A DNA stretch of 32,000 nt from a cyanobacterium endosymbiont of Epithemia turgida isolate EtSB Lake Yunoko (GCF_000829235.1 NZ_AP012549.1:480001-512000), one strand, 5' to 3'. Shown: positions 1 to 10,863, numbered from the stretch's first letter. The notes: generated by a model not told the origin, from the letters alone. Program-made: numbers and translations.

Positions 1-519
1 GTGTGGTCCATTGAAGCAGGTCCCCACATGGTAGATAAAGCCAAATATGCTCAAGAAATGATGCGAGTATTGAAACCTGGCGGCTTGTTGGTCGTAGCTG
101 ACTGGAATCAAAGAGATGATCGCCAAAAGTCTCTTAATTTTTGGGAAAAACTTGTAATGCGTCAACTTCTAGATCAATGGTCTCATCCGGCATTTTCTAG
201 TATTGAAGAGTTTTCCGAACTATTAGCAGAAACGGGATTAGTAGAAGGACAAGTGACAACAGCCGATTGGACACAAGAAACTCTTCCTTCTTGGTTTGAT
301 TCTATTTGGCAAGGAGTTGTTCGACCTGAAGGATTATTTCGTTTTGGTCTATCGGGATTAGTTAAATCTCTGCGAGAAGTTCCCACTTTGTTATTAATGC
401 GTATTGCTTTTGGTAGTAATCTGTGTCGATTTGGGATGTTTTACGCAATTAAAGTTAATTCTGAAAAAAAAATTAGTCAAAACCAACACGGAAGAAATAG
501 TTCAAACTTAAGAAATTAA
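1..519 (+). CDS. SAM-dependent methyltransferase, C-terminal part (5' end outside window); resembles cyanobacterial MPBQ/MSBQ (tocopherol/plastoquinone) methyltransferase of the Synechocystis sll0418 type
   Basis: The open frame starts at the window edge. Segments VLKPGG, VVADWNQRDDRQ, LNFWEK, LLDQWSHPAF, GLVEGQVTTADWT and REVPTLLLMRIAFG..LCRFGMF match my recollection of sll0418-family proteins. The GTG at position 1 is an ORF-caller artefact, not a start. Confidence 0.75.
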   Translation: MWSIEAGPHMVDKAKYAQEMMRVLKPGGLLVVADWNQRDDRQKSLNFWEKLVMRQLLDQWSHPAFSSIEEFSELLAETGLVEGQVTTADWTQETLPSWFDSIWQGVVRPEGLFRFGLSGLVKSLREVPTLLLMRIAFGSNLCRFGMFYAIKVNSEKKISQNQHGRNSSNLRN

Positions 520-803
520 TTGCCATCAATAAAAAGTAAAAGTTAATTGTAAGTAAGTGGACTAAAATACCGCTAAGACTAATGTACAAAACCGTTCCAT
601 TGGTTATCGTTAAGAGATACAAAGGTCAAAGCTGACTCTAAACTTAGACTTTGATGTATTGTTTTATAGAGATTGTCCGCTTATAGTATCTATCAACTGA
701 TCAAGTTTGTGTTATACAAAAACCGAAATGGATCTCTCCTTTAAAATGTTCTTATAGGAGATAATTTCCCTCGTCGACTACGATGATCTAGTACAAACCT
801 GTG

Positions 804-850
804 TTGACTTGATTCAGGTAAATGCTATGCTTCTACCTGAATCAAGTCAA
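804..850. repeat. Perfect 17-bp inverted repeat with 13-nt loop, between convergent genes
   Basis: ttgacttgattcaggta (804-820) and tacctgaatcaagtcaa (834-850) are exact reverse complements. No flanking T-run on either strand. Confidence 0.9.
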
Positions 851-1212
851 TGTGGCCATGAGTTGTTTTGTAGCTGGAACCAAGCAGTGATAGTAAAACG
901 AATCTTCAAGAGAAGAGTCATCGGACTGTACGTCAATTAAAAGACTATTAGGGTTTACTAATAAACTTCCTCAGTAATTAACATTTTTTTCTAAAAAAAA
1001 TTAGGCTTTTCTAGATACAGTTATGATCAATCAGGAGTTAGTAGTCTAGAAGGACTATGACTTTTTAGAAAACCAATAAGTTTGACTGAATTTAAATAGC
1101 TATACTCATAGGTTTAGACTTTGTTAAAATTACCTAGTAAACAGAGAAAATGGGGAATATTTCGATAAACTCACTGCCAAGTCAATCTCTTAGAGGATAA
1201 CCCTAAAAACAA

Positions 1213-3039
1213 TTATTTCTTATTTTTAAAATGAGCTTCCATGACCTGACGCACCATAGGGGCAGCCACCGACCCTCCACCCCCGCCGGAATGTTCAGCA
1301 AAAGCTACCACTACAATTTCTGGCTTATTATAAGGGGCATATCCCCCAAACCAGGCATGAACCTTCCCTGGAGGGGCTTCTGCAGTACCGGTTTTTCCTG
1401 CTGCAGGTGGTAAATTTGGCGAATTTAAGGCTTTTCCGGTTCCACTTGACACAACTGCCCGTAGTCCTTGTTTTAGGGTTATAATAGTGCTAGGTTTAAG
1501 ATTCATAGATGTTCGCCATTTACTCACATCTCCGTCTCCTTTTAAGAAATGGGGTTTGACTCGATAACCACCATTGGCAGGGACAGCAAACATAATGGCC
1601 ACTTGTAAGGGAGTTGCCTGAGTGAACCCTTGTCCAATAGACATATTCACTGTATCTCCATCAGTCCACCCCCAGCTGTAATTTTTTTGTTTCCAGGTAT
1701 CATCCGCAATTAACCCTCGTGCCTCTTCTTCTAACTCGATGCCAGTTTTGTCTCCAAAACCATAGTTACGCGCCCACTTAATTAAGGTTGTCCCTCCTAC
1801 CCCGCGTCCGATTTGTCCATGAAAGGTATTACTACTCCAGGCAATCGCCCGAACATAGCCCATCGGTCCAAATCCAGCCCGATTCCACTCCCCAAAGAAC
1901 GTTCCCCCAACATTGAGGTAAGCGAAAGTATTTAAAACTGTATTGGGGGGATATTTCTCTGTTTCCATTCCAGCAGTCGCCGTGACTATTTTAAAAAGTG
2001 AGGCAGGAGGAAATCCCCGTAAAGCGCGATTAACAAAAGGGTCTCCCTCACGACGCCATTTCTCCCAAGTTTCAGGAGTAATTTGGCTAGAGAATACATT
2101 AGGGTTGAAGCGTGGATAACTAACCATAGCCAAGACTTCCCCGTCTCTTGGATCTATGGCGACGATAGCACCTTTGCGTTTACCTAGAGCGGTTTCTGCA
2201 GCTTTCTGTACGTCTAAATCTAGGGTAAGAGTAACATCTTTTCCCGCCTTCCCAATTTTTTGCCCTAAAACTTTTACTACTTTTCCTACGCCGTCTACTT
2301 CTAGCTGCAAGCCCCCCCATTCTCCTCGTAATTGTTGTTCATAAGCCGCTTCTATCCCCATTTTCCCTACAGTATCTCCTAGACGGTATCCTTCCGAACG
2401 ACGTTTAGATAATTGTTCAGCATTAAGTTCTCCAGTGTATCCTAAAACATGAGCTGCTAGGTCTTGGTTAGGATAGTTTCGTACACTTTCAATATCGACT
2501 TCAAGTCCGTTAAGTTCACTTTTAAATTCTTCTAGGGCAGTAATTTGAGCAGGGTTAAGACTACGGGCGATACGGATAAGAGTAGGGGAATTATAGCCTG
2601 CTTGTTTAATCTTTCGTTCAATATCATCTGCTGAAATAGATAAAAGTTGGGATAGGTAGCGTAAATTTTCTTCCCAGTTAGATTCTTTGATGACAACAGG
2701 CCAAAGATAAGCAGCATGGGTTAAGCGGGTTGAGGCTAGGACTCTACCTTTGCGGTCAAAAATATTACCTCTTACGGGAGGTTTAGGGATGATGCGAATG
2801 CGATTATTTTCGGCTTTTTCCCGATAAACTTCTCCTTCCAACAGTTGTAGATAGACCAGACGTGACCCAATCCCTCCTAATAGAATTAAACTAATTAAGA
2901 CCATAATTAGCCAAGGCTGACGTTTTTGTCCGATAGTACGATTGGTTTTCTTTTGTCTTGTGTTGTAAAAATCATGACTATCACCAAACATTGGTGTTTG
3001 CCATTTGGACTCGGAGTGGAAAGAATCGGTAAGCCGCAT
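1213..3039 (-). CDS. mrdA: Penicillin-binding protein 2 (elongation-specific peptidoglycan D,D-transpeptidase)
   Basis: 608 aa with an N-terminal TM anchor (WLIMVLISLILLGG) and the PBP dimerisation region (IPKPPVRGNIFDRKG). The transpeptidase motifs are present: SxxK (ASLFK), SxN (WSSN) and KTG (GKTGTA). Confidence 0.9.
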   Translation of the reverse strand: MRLTDSFHSESKWQTPMFGDSHDFYNTRQKKTNRTIGQKRQPWLIMVLISLILLGGIGSRLVYLQLLEGEVYREKAENNRIRIIPKPPVRGNIFDRKGRVLASTRLTHAAYLWPVVIKESNWEENLRYLSQLLSISADDIERKIKQAGYNSPTLIRIARSLNPAQITALEEFKSELNGLEVDIESVRNYPNQDLAAHVLGYTGELNAEQLSKRRSEGYRLGDTVGKMGIEAAYEQQLRGEWGGLQLEVDGVGKVVKVLGQKIGKAGKDVTLTLDLDVQKAAETALGKRKGAIVAIDPRDGEVLAMVSYPRFNPNVFSSQITPETWEKWRREGDPFVNRALRGFPPASLFKIVTATAGMETEKYPPNTVLNTFAYLNVGGTFFGEWNRAGFGPMGYVRAIAWSSNTFHGQIGRGVGGTTLIKWARNYGFGDKTGIELEEEARGLIADDTWKQKNYSWGWTDGDTVNMSIGQGFTQATPLQVAIMFAVPANGGYRVKPHFLKGDGDVSKWRTSMNLKPSTIITLKQGLRAVVSSGTGKALNSPNLPPAAGKTGTAEAPPGKVHAWFGGYAPYNKPEIVVVAFAEHSGGGGGSVAAPMVRQVMEAHFKNKK

Positions 3040-6000
3040 ATCGTCTATTCAAGAATTGTTAACGTACTAGGATAGCTTTTTAAACACTATTATTTTTAGT
3101 ATAGAAGTGTTGAAGTTAATTAAAAACCCCTGAACTATAATCTATGACTGATACCAATTCTTTACTTTCTTATTTACTAGAAGGCTTTTATAAAAAATTT
3201 AAAGTTCTTGATAATCATTGGCAAAATTTATGTTAGCATAATTAGGTTTTTTCTATGTTTATTGTTCAAGTTTATGAAAAAATTAGAGTTTTTAATATAG
3301 ATGTGTTAATTTGTAGAGAAAGCTAAATCATGGCATTTCTACAATAATCAAGATAGAAGACTACTTTAATTAAACAAGTAGCTTTAGTGGAAGGTGCGTA
3401 GTCATAGAATGTTTGCCGTTAGCAATTTAAAATATTTAAATATAAAAATCGCTATCAAAAACAAAATTAGAAGAGGCAATCACAACAGAGTACAATTATG
3501 CTTATGTCGAATTTTATCAAGGCTATTAACTTTGAGTTAAGTACATTTTGGGGATTAATCCTGTTTTATTATTAAAATTACTCACAAATAAGTTTATCAA
3601 AATAGGAAAATATTGACCACAAAATACCAAGTTTAATCCAGCTAATATTCATACTCACAGAGTTACTGTTTAAGACAATAAAACGGATTTTAAAACTTAA
3701 TTATTGATTTTATAAATTAATAATTAAGTTTATTTGACGAGCCAGACAATAAAACAAACTACATAGCATAGCTTGTTTTATTGTTGTAAGTTGGACTAAA
3801 GTTTGTTTTTACAATACAACAGAGAACTTGATAATCTTTTCATCTATTTATTTATTTAGATGCTAATACTTAGTGTTTTACTTTCCTTATTTTTCATAAG
3901 TAAATATTGAAAATTACTACTTGAGTATCGAAGTACTAAATTATATTTTGAGGAATTTATATTTTTTCCCTAATATAAAATATTTTAAAAAATATTTTAT
4001 ATTTATATTTAAAGCCTATCAGATAAATATGTAAGTAATTATCTTTTTAAGAGATAAATCTTAAAGTTAATTAATATATTTATTTTAATTAAAATAATGA
4101 GTTAATAACTCCGGCTCAATAAAGACCTTACTTATGTCAAAATTTTTTATTTAACTTTATATAGTCAGTTTTATTTTTTATAAATATTGTATAAACTATT
4201 AGTTTAATAATAAACTACGGATAATAATATTGTTATTATTTTTGTTGAAATACCTAAAAATGTAAAGTGGAATATATTCTAAAAAAAATATAAAAATTAG
4301 TAGTTGTATATTTAACTTTTATTTTATTAAAGTTAAATATACAAAAAACTTACTATAAATCAATCTTAATTTTTTGTATACATACTTATCTTAATTCAAA
4401 AAAAATAAAGGTAAAATCTACGATAATACACAATATAGATCAACATCAAACTACCTTTTTAAATTAATGCGTAAATTATATAATTTTATACTCTAAATCA
4501 GGTAAATATTATTAGATATAATAAGTGGTTTAAACATCATTTATTAAATAAATATTGAATAAATATTAAATAATATTAAAGGTTGTAATTATTATTTTTC
4601 GTATATATGAGAGGAAATTTTTATCGTTTTAAGTATTTGCTAAAACTAAGAAGATAGGTTTTTCTATTCATTTTTTAATTTTATTTTTCTATTACAGTTG
4701 ATAATAAGTTACTTGATGAAAAATAGTTATCGTTTTTAGGTTTTAACACTTAACATCCACTTTCAGAGAGAACGCATTGTTATTTGTTTTTATATAGACC
4801 TTTTCTAGCTACTGTTGTATCTCTAAAAAAAGATTACTTAAAAACAATACATTTATGCTATTGTGACTTCTGTTGCAGCTATCTTTGAAATTTAAGTTAG
4901 TAATTACTAATCAGTTAAAATATTTTAGCTGGTTTCTCTAACAAGAGAATAATATAGACTAACAAATGCACTGCGAATAATAAATGATTTATTATTTAAT
5001 CTTTTTCCTAAACTTCCTCCTTTTGTATCAAGATTATTGATGTACCCTAATAGGTTTCTTTTATCTTCCTAAAAAGAGAATTCATTAAAAGTTGAATATC
5101 AATAACAATATTATTATTTTTTAGTTCAGAAGAAGAGTAAGAACAAAAATTAAGTTTTTTATTTTTACTATTACTGACACTAAATATCATAATTATTTTT
5201 GCTAACTGTTTTTTACACTGCTGTCTAAAAGTTATAGCAACAAAGATTGCAACCTTGGTAAACTTATCAAAATAACAATAAGATTTTTTATACAAAGCAC
5301 TAGGATGACTTCCTATGACTATTTTTGTTCAACTAACTTCTGATTAAGAATATAGTTAGTTATTTAACGATAACATCGTAACTTAAATATAACTAATTTA
5401 TGATTATATTACAAATATTAAACTGTAATCAAAAATATTTAGTGTAATACACTGTAACTTACAATAAAAATTGTACCTATTTTTTTAAAAAAATAAATCT
5501 TTTGTATCTATTAAAATCAATTATATACATATTTTTTACTATTGTTAATTGTCTAAACAACTTACCAGATTAGAGCTAGTTCAAACTAAACTATATTTTC
5601 TTATAGATATAAAGATTATATCATTTATTTAAATTTTTTCAAACAATGTAGTTATTGAAAGTAAATATCTATAATTAGATATTGTGCCTAAAATATTTAT
5701 TATTTTTTAATATTATTTAAATAATAATAATATTAAGTTGAGTATTTTAAACGGTTTCTTGATTTTAATTAAGAGTAGGCAAGTACTTTATCTTTGTGAA
5801 ATTTTTTAAAAATAGACTTGAGGAATATGAATTTAAAAAATAAAGTAGTAAAAATTTAATTTTACCATTAGAGTAGTACATTAAAGTTGATCTAAATTAT
5901 TTTTAACTCTTGAACTTAAAATATTGTAAATATTATCTAAATCTTAATCGAGAAATTTATTCGTTTACCAGTTGCTGTAGTCTGGCCATCTCGTCTATAA

Positions 6001-6693
6001 AAACCCTGAAGACGCGTAAGATATTGTTAACAATAAAACCTGTATTATAACCTTATTAAATTATTAGTTAGCAATATTCATTACTACAAAAAAAATAAGT
6101 AAAAATAATTGCAGTATCTCAGTATGTTTTAGTAATAATATCTATTATCGTAGCATTAATTAGATTAAAATGGAATTATCACGATACAGTCTATAATTGT
6201 AAATAAACTAGATAATTCAATACGTTATTACTCAAATTTGGCATAAATATAGTATATAGTATACGGTAGTTCATGCAGAGATTACTAAATAGATTAGTCT
6301 TTCTAGGAAATAAATTAAAATACTAGGATATCATCTTATTTTGGTTGACTTCAAAGATACAGTTTAACAAACTATTTTACATAAATTGTCAGTAATTAAT
6401 AAACCTTAGTATAAATACTACTAAAATTGAAATATACTTTTTTTTAAAATAAACAATTTCCTAAAATTTTGTCAGCAATATAATTTAATATTACTGCCAT
6501 TTTTGAATCATCTTATGAAATTACGTGTTCATGATTTGCCCTGTTTTAAATTTAAACGATTGCTAGCTGTTGATATTCTAAACAGCTAGCTATACTACTC
6601 TAGAACCAGAGTCTCGAGAGCTAAAAAAATAGGCAACTTTTGGATAAAGTTCGTTAGACTATTGATTAAACCCGATTACAAGAAAAAAAAGCT
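3040..6693. other. 3.65 kb ORF-free, extremely AT-rich spacer (possible fully decayed genes or a non-coding RNA locus)
   Basis: Only one low-complexity 82-aa ORF appears in six frames. Individual 60-nt lines hold as few as 7 G/C (3961-4020). It lies between the mrdA start and the GT2 start. Confidence 0.8.
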
Positions 6694-7626
6694 GTGTTTT
6701 TTAGCGTTGTTATTCCTACCTATAATCGAAAACCTATCCTGGAAAAATGCCTAAGAGCTTTAGAAAATCAACAATTAACTGATGATAAAGTAAGTAACTA
6801 CGAAGTCATCTTAGTTGACGATGGCTCGACAGATAATACCCTAGAATGGCTAGCAGAAAATATCGCAGAATTCCCTCATGTGCGTCCTTTTCTTCAAAAT
6901 CATCTGGGTCCTGCCGCAGCAAGAAATTTAGGAATAGAAAAAGCCCAAGGTGATACAATTATATTCATTGATAGTGATCTAGTTGTAACTGAGACATTCA
7001 TTCAGTCCCATGCGAATGCTTTAATCACAGGAGAAAAAGAATTAGGAAATAAAAAATTATTTACCTACGGTGCGGTGATTAACACTTGTAACTTTGATAA
7101 TCCTACCTCAGAATCTTATAAAATCACTGATTTTTCTGCAGCATATTTTGCTACTGGCAATGTAGCAATTGCCCGTGAATGGTTAGAAAAAGTTGGAGTT
7201 TTCGATACGAGATTTCAACTTTATGGATGGGAAGATTTAGAATTAGGAGTGCGACTTAAACAACTAGGATTAAAATTAGTTAAGTGTCCCAAAGCAGTTG
7301 GTTACCATTGGCATCCGTCTTTTACTTTAGATCAAATACCTAGCTTAATCGACCAAGAAATTCAACGGGGAAAGATGGGAATTCTTTTCTACCAGAAACA
7401 TCCCACATGGGAGGTTAGATTGATGATCCAAATGACTTGGTTACATCGTTTATTATGGGGATTTTTATCTTTAGGAGGCAGTCTTAATGAACGCACGCTT
7501 GCACCTGTTTTGCAATGGTTAATTAATCAAGGAAAACCGCAACTCGCCTTAGAAATTGCTCGAATATTTCTAAATTGGTATAATGTACGCGGAGTTTATA
7601 CTGCTTATCGAGAATTACAAACCTAG
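6694..7626 (+). CDS. Family 2 glycosyltransferase
   Basis: 310 aa with the N-terminal VVIPTYNR motif, LVDDGSTDNT and FIDSDL (DxD), typical of the GT-A fold GT2 family. GTG start with no obvious SD. Confidence 0.85.
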   Translation: MFFSVVIPTYNRKPILEKCLRALENQQLTDDKVSNYEVILVDDGSTDNTLEWLAENIAEFPHVRPFLQNHLGPAAARNLGIEKAQGDTIIFIDSDLVVTETFIQSHANALITGEKELGNKKLFTYGAVINTCNFDNPTSESYKITDFSAAYFATGNVAIAREWLEKVGVFDTRFQLYGWEDLELGVRLKQLGLKLVKCPKAVGYHWHPSFTLDQIPSLIDQEIQRGKMGILFYQKHPTWEVRLMIQMTWLHRLLWGFLSLGGSLNERTLAPVLQWLINQGKPQLALEIARIFLNWYNVRGVYTAYRELQT

Positions 7627-7971
7627 GTGGTATATAAAGCTTATGGATTTTAGGTAAATTCCTCGCCTAAAATATAACCATCGAGTTAAAAGTTGGGACG
7701 GACTTAATTATTAAAATCCAGTCATAAACTAATTTTCTCTTGTGTCTTCTGCTTTCTCTCTTCTCCATTTTGGATAAATGGTTTTAAGCCAATATAAAAA
7801 CTTTCGTTAAAAATAGGCTGATGGAAAGACCGATGTCCGAGATCATTGAAATATTAGCAGCTATTGTCAAAGTTTGTTGAAAACTAAGCTGTTCTAAAAG
7901 TGATAACTTATTGATTTAAGTGAAACTTCTGGGCATATTGGAAATTAATTACCCCTATTTTGGAGACGATA

Positions 7972-8895
7972 ATGAGTATTGCGATTGGCATTGTTGTAGG
8001 TTTAATTATCGGAGGAGTTATCGGTATTTTTCTATCAACCTTCTCCAAGGAGCGCAAACTCGCAGCTCAATTAGAAAGAAGTACAAAAGCTCTAAAAGAG
8101 GCTGAAATACTTCAGCAACAACAAGCACAAGAAATCAAACAATTACGGCAATCTCCACCGCAGATGCAAGAGATTGAACAATCTTATCAAATTAAAATAC
8201 AAGAAATCGAGCAATCCTATCAGAAACAATCGGAAGAACTGTCTCAGACTAAAACTAAACTAAGTAAATTAGAACAGAACGAACGACAAATACAAAAAAT
8301 TCAACAAACTTATCAAACTCAACTTGAGATACTAGAACAAACCTATCAAGCCAGACTTAAAGAAACGCTGCAACAAGTGCAAAGGTTTGCTCCAGTATTA
8401 GAAACCAATCAGGCACACATTCAACAAATTGAGCAAATTTATCAAACTCAACTGCAAGAACAGCAACAAGCTCATGAGCAAGCTATTAACGAGTTAGAAA
8501 AAGCCTATGACGAAGGAGACTTCGCCTTAGATGAGTGGGGGGAGGCAGAAACCTCTGATACCTTATCAGAAGACCTAGTCCATGACACCACTAAAGCTCT
8601 ATCCTTAGATCAAACTGAAGGAAGAAACCAAAACAGGGTTGCTGACTTATTGCAACAAAAAAAATCTGACGATCTAGATTTTTTTGAGATGTTACCTACT
8701 GAGGAGGAAACAACTAAAGACTTATCGGGGGCTTTCACAAAAGACTCAAAAAATCCTTATGTCGGTTTTTTTGAGTCAGAAACCAAAGATACAACCCATG
8801 ACCCTGATGAAATCTTTTCCAGTTTTCTAGATACAGAAAAGTCTGAGGAAAATTTAACGAACCTATTAGAAACAGACGACAAAAACAAGTCTTAA
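7972..8895 (+). CDS. Membrane-anchored Q-rich coiled-coil protein with acidic C-terminal tail (uncharacterised)
   Basis: The ATG at 7972 is preceded by GGAG, so I prefer it to the TTG at 7960. One N-terminal TM helix (IAIGIVVGLIIGGVIGIFL). About five copies of an I-x-Q-[STI]-Y-Q motif (MQEIEQSYQ, IQEIEQSYQ, IQKIQQTYQ, LEILEQTYQ, IQQIEQIYQ). The D/E-rich tail carries FF/F-x-x-F patches (DLDFFEML, VGFFESE, IFSSFLD). Confidence 0.7.
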   Translation: MSIAIGIVVGLIIGGVIGIFLSTFSKERKLAAQLERSTKALKEAEILQQQQAQEIKQLRQSPPQMQEIEQSYQIKIQEIEQSYQKQSEELSQTKTKLSKLEQNERQIQKIQQTYQTQLEILEQTYQARLKETLQQVQRFAPVLETNQAHIQQIEQIYQTQLQEQQQAHEQAINELEKAYDEGDFALDEWGEAETSDTLSEDLVHDTTKALSLDQTEGRNQNRVADLLQQKKSDDLDFFEMLPTEEETTKDLSGAFTKDSKNPYVGFFESETKDTTHDPDEIFSSFLDTEKSEENLTNLLETDDKNKS

Positions 8896-9061
8896 CAAAG
8901 AAATCTGTTTTAGCCGGCTAACGACAATCATCAGAATGACATAATCACATAACAATAATCTGACAAGCGATGAGAAATCGGAGCAAAATTATAATCTGAA
9001 GAGATTCGAAAATCTTTGACAACAGACTCCCGTTCATAGATATTTGTTATAGATATTTAAT

Positions 9062-9089
9062 TCCCAGGAGAAAGTTTCTGGGATTTTTT
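9062..9089 (+). terminator. Candidate intrinsic terminator downstream of the coiled-coil gene
   Basis: The stem tcccag (9062-9067) / ctggga (9078-9083) is followed directly by tttttt (9084-9089). The stem is short. Confidence 0.45.
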
Positions 9090-9292
9090 GCTCATAAGAA
9101 AACTTATAATAAAATCTTTTCAAGATATTTATTGGCAATCTAACAAATTAACGTTATGATTAACCAGTCATAATTGTGGTTAAAGTTGCCCTCAACTCAC
9201 AAAACTAATACTTTAAACCTAGCGCGTTTAAGATAGACTGCCTCACTAGAAAATTACTCTTCCTCAACGTTTATGGTCTAGGATTAAGACAC

Positions 9293-10735
9293 TTGATACC
9301 TTTACCGTCTGATGTCATTACTGCTGTGCCTATTCACCGCCAGCCTCCTTTTGCTCAAAACATACCAACCTGTGGTCTCAAAACCGATACCACTCCTGTT
9401 TTTGCCCTGAAAGAACTTGTTGCCAATCTTTATCGAGAACAAAATAAAATTCAAAACTTATTAAGTTCCCTAGGGTTTGCTTTACGAAGTTTTAATAATC
9501 TCAATCAGTTTCTAGAACTCACCCCTTTGATGACAGCACGGGTGACTGATGCTGATGGAAGTGTCTTGATTTTCTATAAAGCGAATGGGCAAGTCTCTTT
9601 AGAACAGTTACATTGTCAAAATCATCAAATCGAGGTGGAGATTCAAGAAGTTCTGACTCGCGTCATTAATCAGATTAACAGTAACGCCTCAATTACTCGT
9701 AGCCTGGCGGTTTCCTTCGACGAACAAATTCGCCATGAAATGGGTACAAAAATTCGTCTGTATAATACGCCAATTTTAGTCAAAAATATGGAACGGGGGC
9801 GGCTTTACGTTTTTAGTGCTAATCCTCAATATGTTTGGACCCAAACCCGACGGAGATTACTCCAATTGGTGGCTGATCAAACAGCCGTTGCTATTGCTAA
9901 TAATGAATTAACGGTAGAACTACGCTCCAAAGAACGACAGGATCGCGAATTGGAAATTGCTTCTGAAATTCAATTACGTTTACTACCACGCAAATACCCA
10001 AGTATTCATGGTGTAGAATTAGCTGCCCATTGCCAAACTGCTAACCGGGTTGGAGGTGACTACTATGATTTTATCCCAACTAATTATGATCAACTCCGTC
10101 AAAATCAAAACAGCACAGAGCAAGTATTAGATCATTGCGTTCCTTGGAGTATTGTCATTGGAGACGTGATGGGAAAAGGAGTTCCTGCCGGGTTGATCAT
10201 GACTATGACGAGAGGAATGCTTAGGGCAGAGGTATTAAACCGTAACTCTCCTGGACAAATCCTCCAACACCTCAACCGAGTCATGTACTCTGATTTAGAG
10301 AACTCCAATCGGTTTGTAACACTTTTTTATTCGGAGTATGATCCCAAAACTTGTATTCTCTCTTTTAGCAATGCAGCCCACAACCCTCCTCTGCGATGGC
10401 AGTACGCTACACAAGAGATTGAACGACTCGATACCGAAGGAATGTTAATTGGATTAGATCCTAATTCTGAGTATGGGGATGAACGGGTTCAACTAAATCC
10501 AGGAGATATTGTCCTTTATTACACCGATGGACTAACTGATGCGGTTAACCTAAAAGGTGATCGTTTTGATGAAGATAATTTGATTGCTGCTTTTCAAGCG
10601 GCTTGTCAAGAATGTGATAGTTCCCAAACTATTCTTAATTATTTATTTAAAGAGGTTGAGCAGTTTATTGGGACAGGAAATAATAATAGTGATGACATGA
10701 CTTTGGTCGTCATGCAGGTGAAATTATCGGAATAA
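9293..10735 (+). CDS. GAF-like sensor domain + PP2C/SpoIIE-type serine phosphatase
   Basis: The C-terminal half carries RsbU/SpoIIE-type PP2C motifs: GGDYYDF, IGDVMGKGVPAG, YTDGLTDA and DDMTLVVM. The N-terminal ~220 aa is a sensor-like domain. The TTG start is uncertain. Confidence 0.8.
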   Translation: MIPLPSDVITAVPIHRQPPFAQNIPTCGLKTDTTPVFALKELVANLYREQNKIQNLLSSLGFALRSFNNLNQFLELTPLMTARVTDADGSVLIFYKANGQVSLEQLHCQNHQIEVEIQEVLTRVINQINSNASITRSLAVSFDEQIRHEMGTKIRLYNTPILVKNMERGRLYVFSANPQYVWTQTRRRLLQLVADQTAVAIANNELTVELRSKERQDRELEIASEIQLRLLPRKYPSIHGVELAAHCQTANRVGGDYYDFIPTNYDQLRQNQNSTEQVLDHCVPWSIVIGDVMGKGVPAGLIMTMTRGMLRAEVLNRNSPGQILQHLNRVMYSDLENSNRFVTLFYSEYDPKTCILSFSNAAHNPPLRWQYATQEIERLDTEGMLIGLDPNSEYGDERVQLNPGDIVLYYTDGLTDAVNLKGDRFDEDNLIAAFQAACQECDSSQTILNYLFKEVEQFIGTGNNNSDDMTLVVMQVKLSE

Positions 10736-10863
10736 TTCTTGAATTTATGGGAGATTTTCGATTTTACTGTTTAATTATCCTATAAATTTGGGAATTATAG
10801 CCCTATTTGCTTATTATAACAGGTTTTATCTGGCTGCACACTAACTGCTTGGGCAAACGTAAG

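Noticed and set aside
183-386. Antisense or overlapping small ORFs within real genes. These include 183-386, 1231-1413, 2156-2344, 2532-2717, 19771-20655, 21050-22232, 22386-22769, 23313-24137, 24712-25097, 27418-27615, 28390-29018 and 31687-31920.
   Set aside because: All lie inside or opposite strongly supported CDSs and have no motifs of their own. They are typical shadow ORFs.
1188-1200. 13-mer tcttagaggataa shared between 1188-1200 and 17956-17968 (the edge of the MITE-like segment).
   Set aside because: Roughly ten or more exact 13-mer coincidences are expected by chance in 32 kb on two strands, and the flanks do not align.
3972-4003. Near-perfect 32-nt A/T-only palindrome (aatataaaatatttt aa aaaatattttatatt). 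Similar A/T-only hairpins occur at 4304-4344 (15-bp stem) and around 18809-18845.
   Set aside because: In sequence that is almost pure A/T the per-base match probability is about 0.5. Several 13-15-bp inverted repeats are therefore expected by chance within a few kb, and there is no G/C content or positional logic to support a function.
5047-5295. 82-aa minus-strand ORF inside the 3.65 kb desert.
   Set aside because: It has a low-complexity K/N/I/F-rich composition typical of random frames in AT-rich DNA, with no recognisable motif, SD or partner genes.
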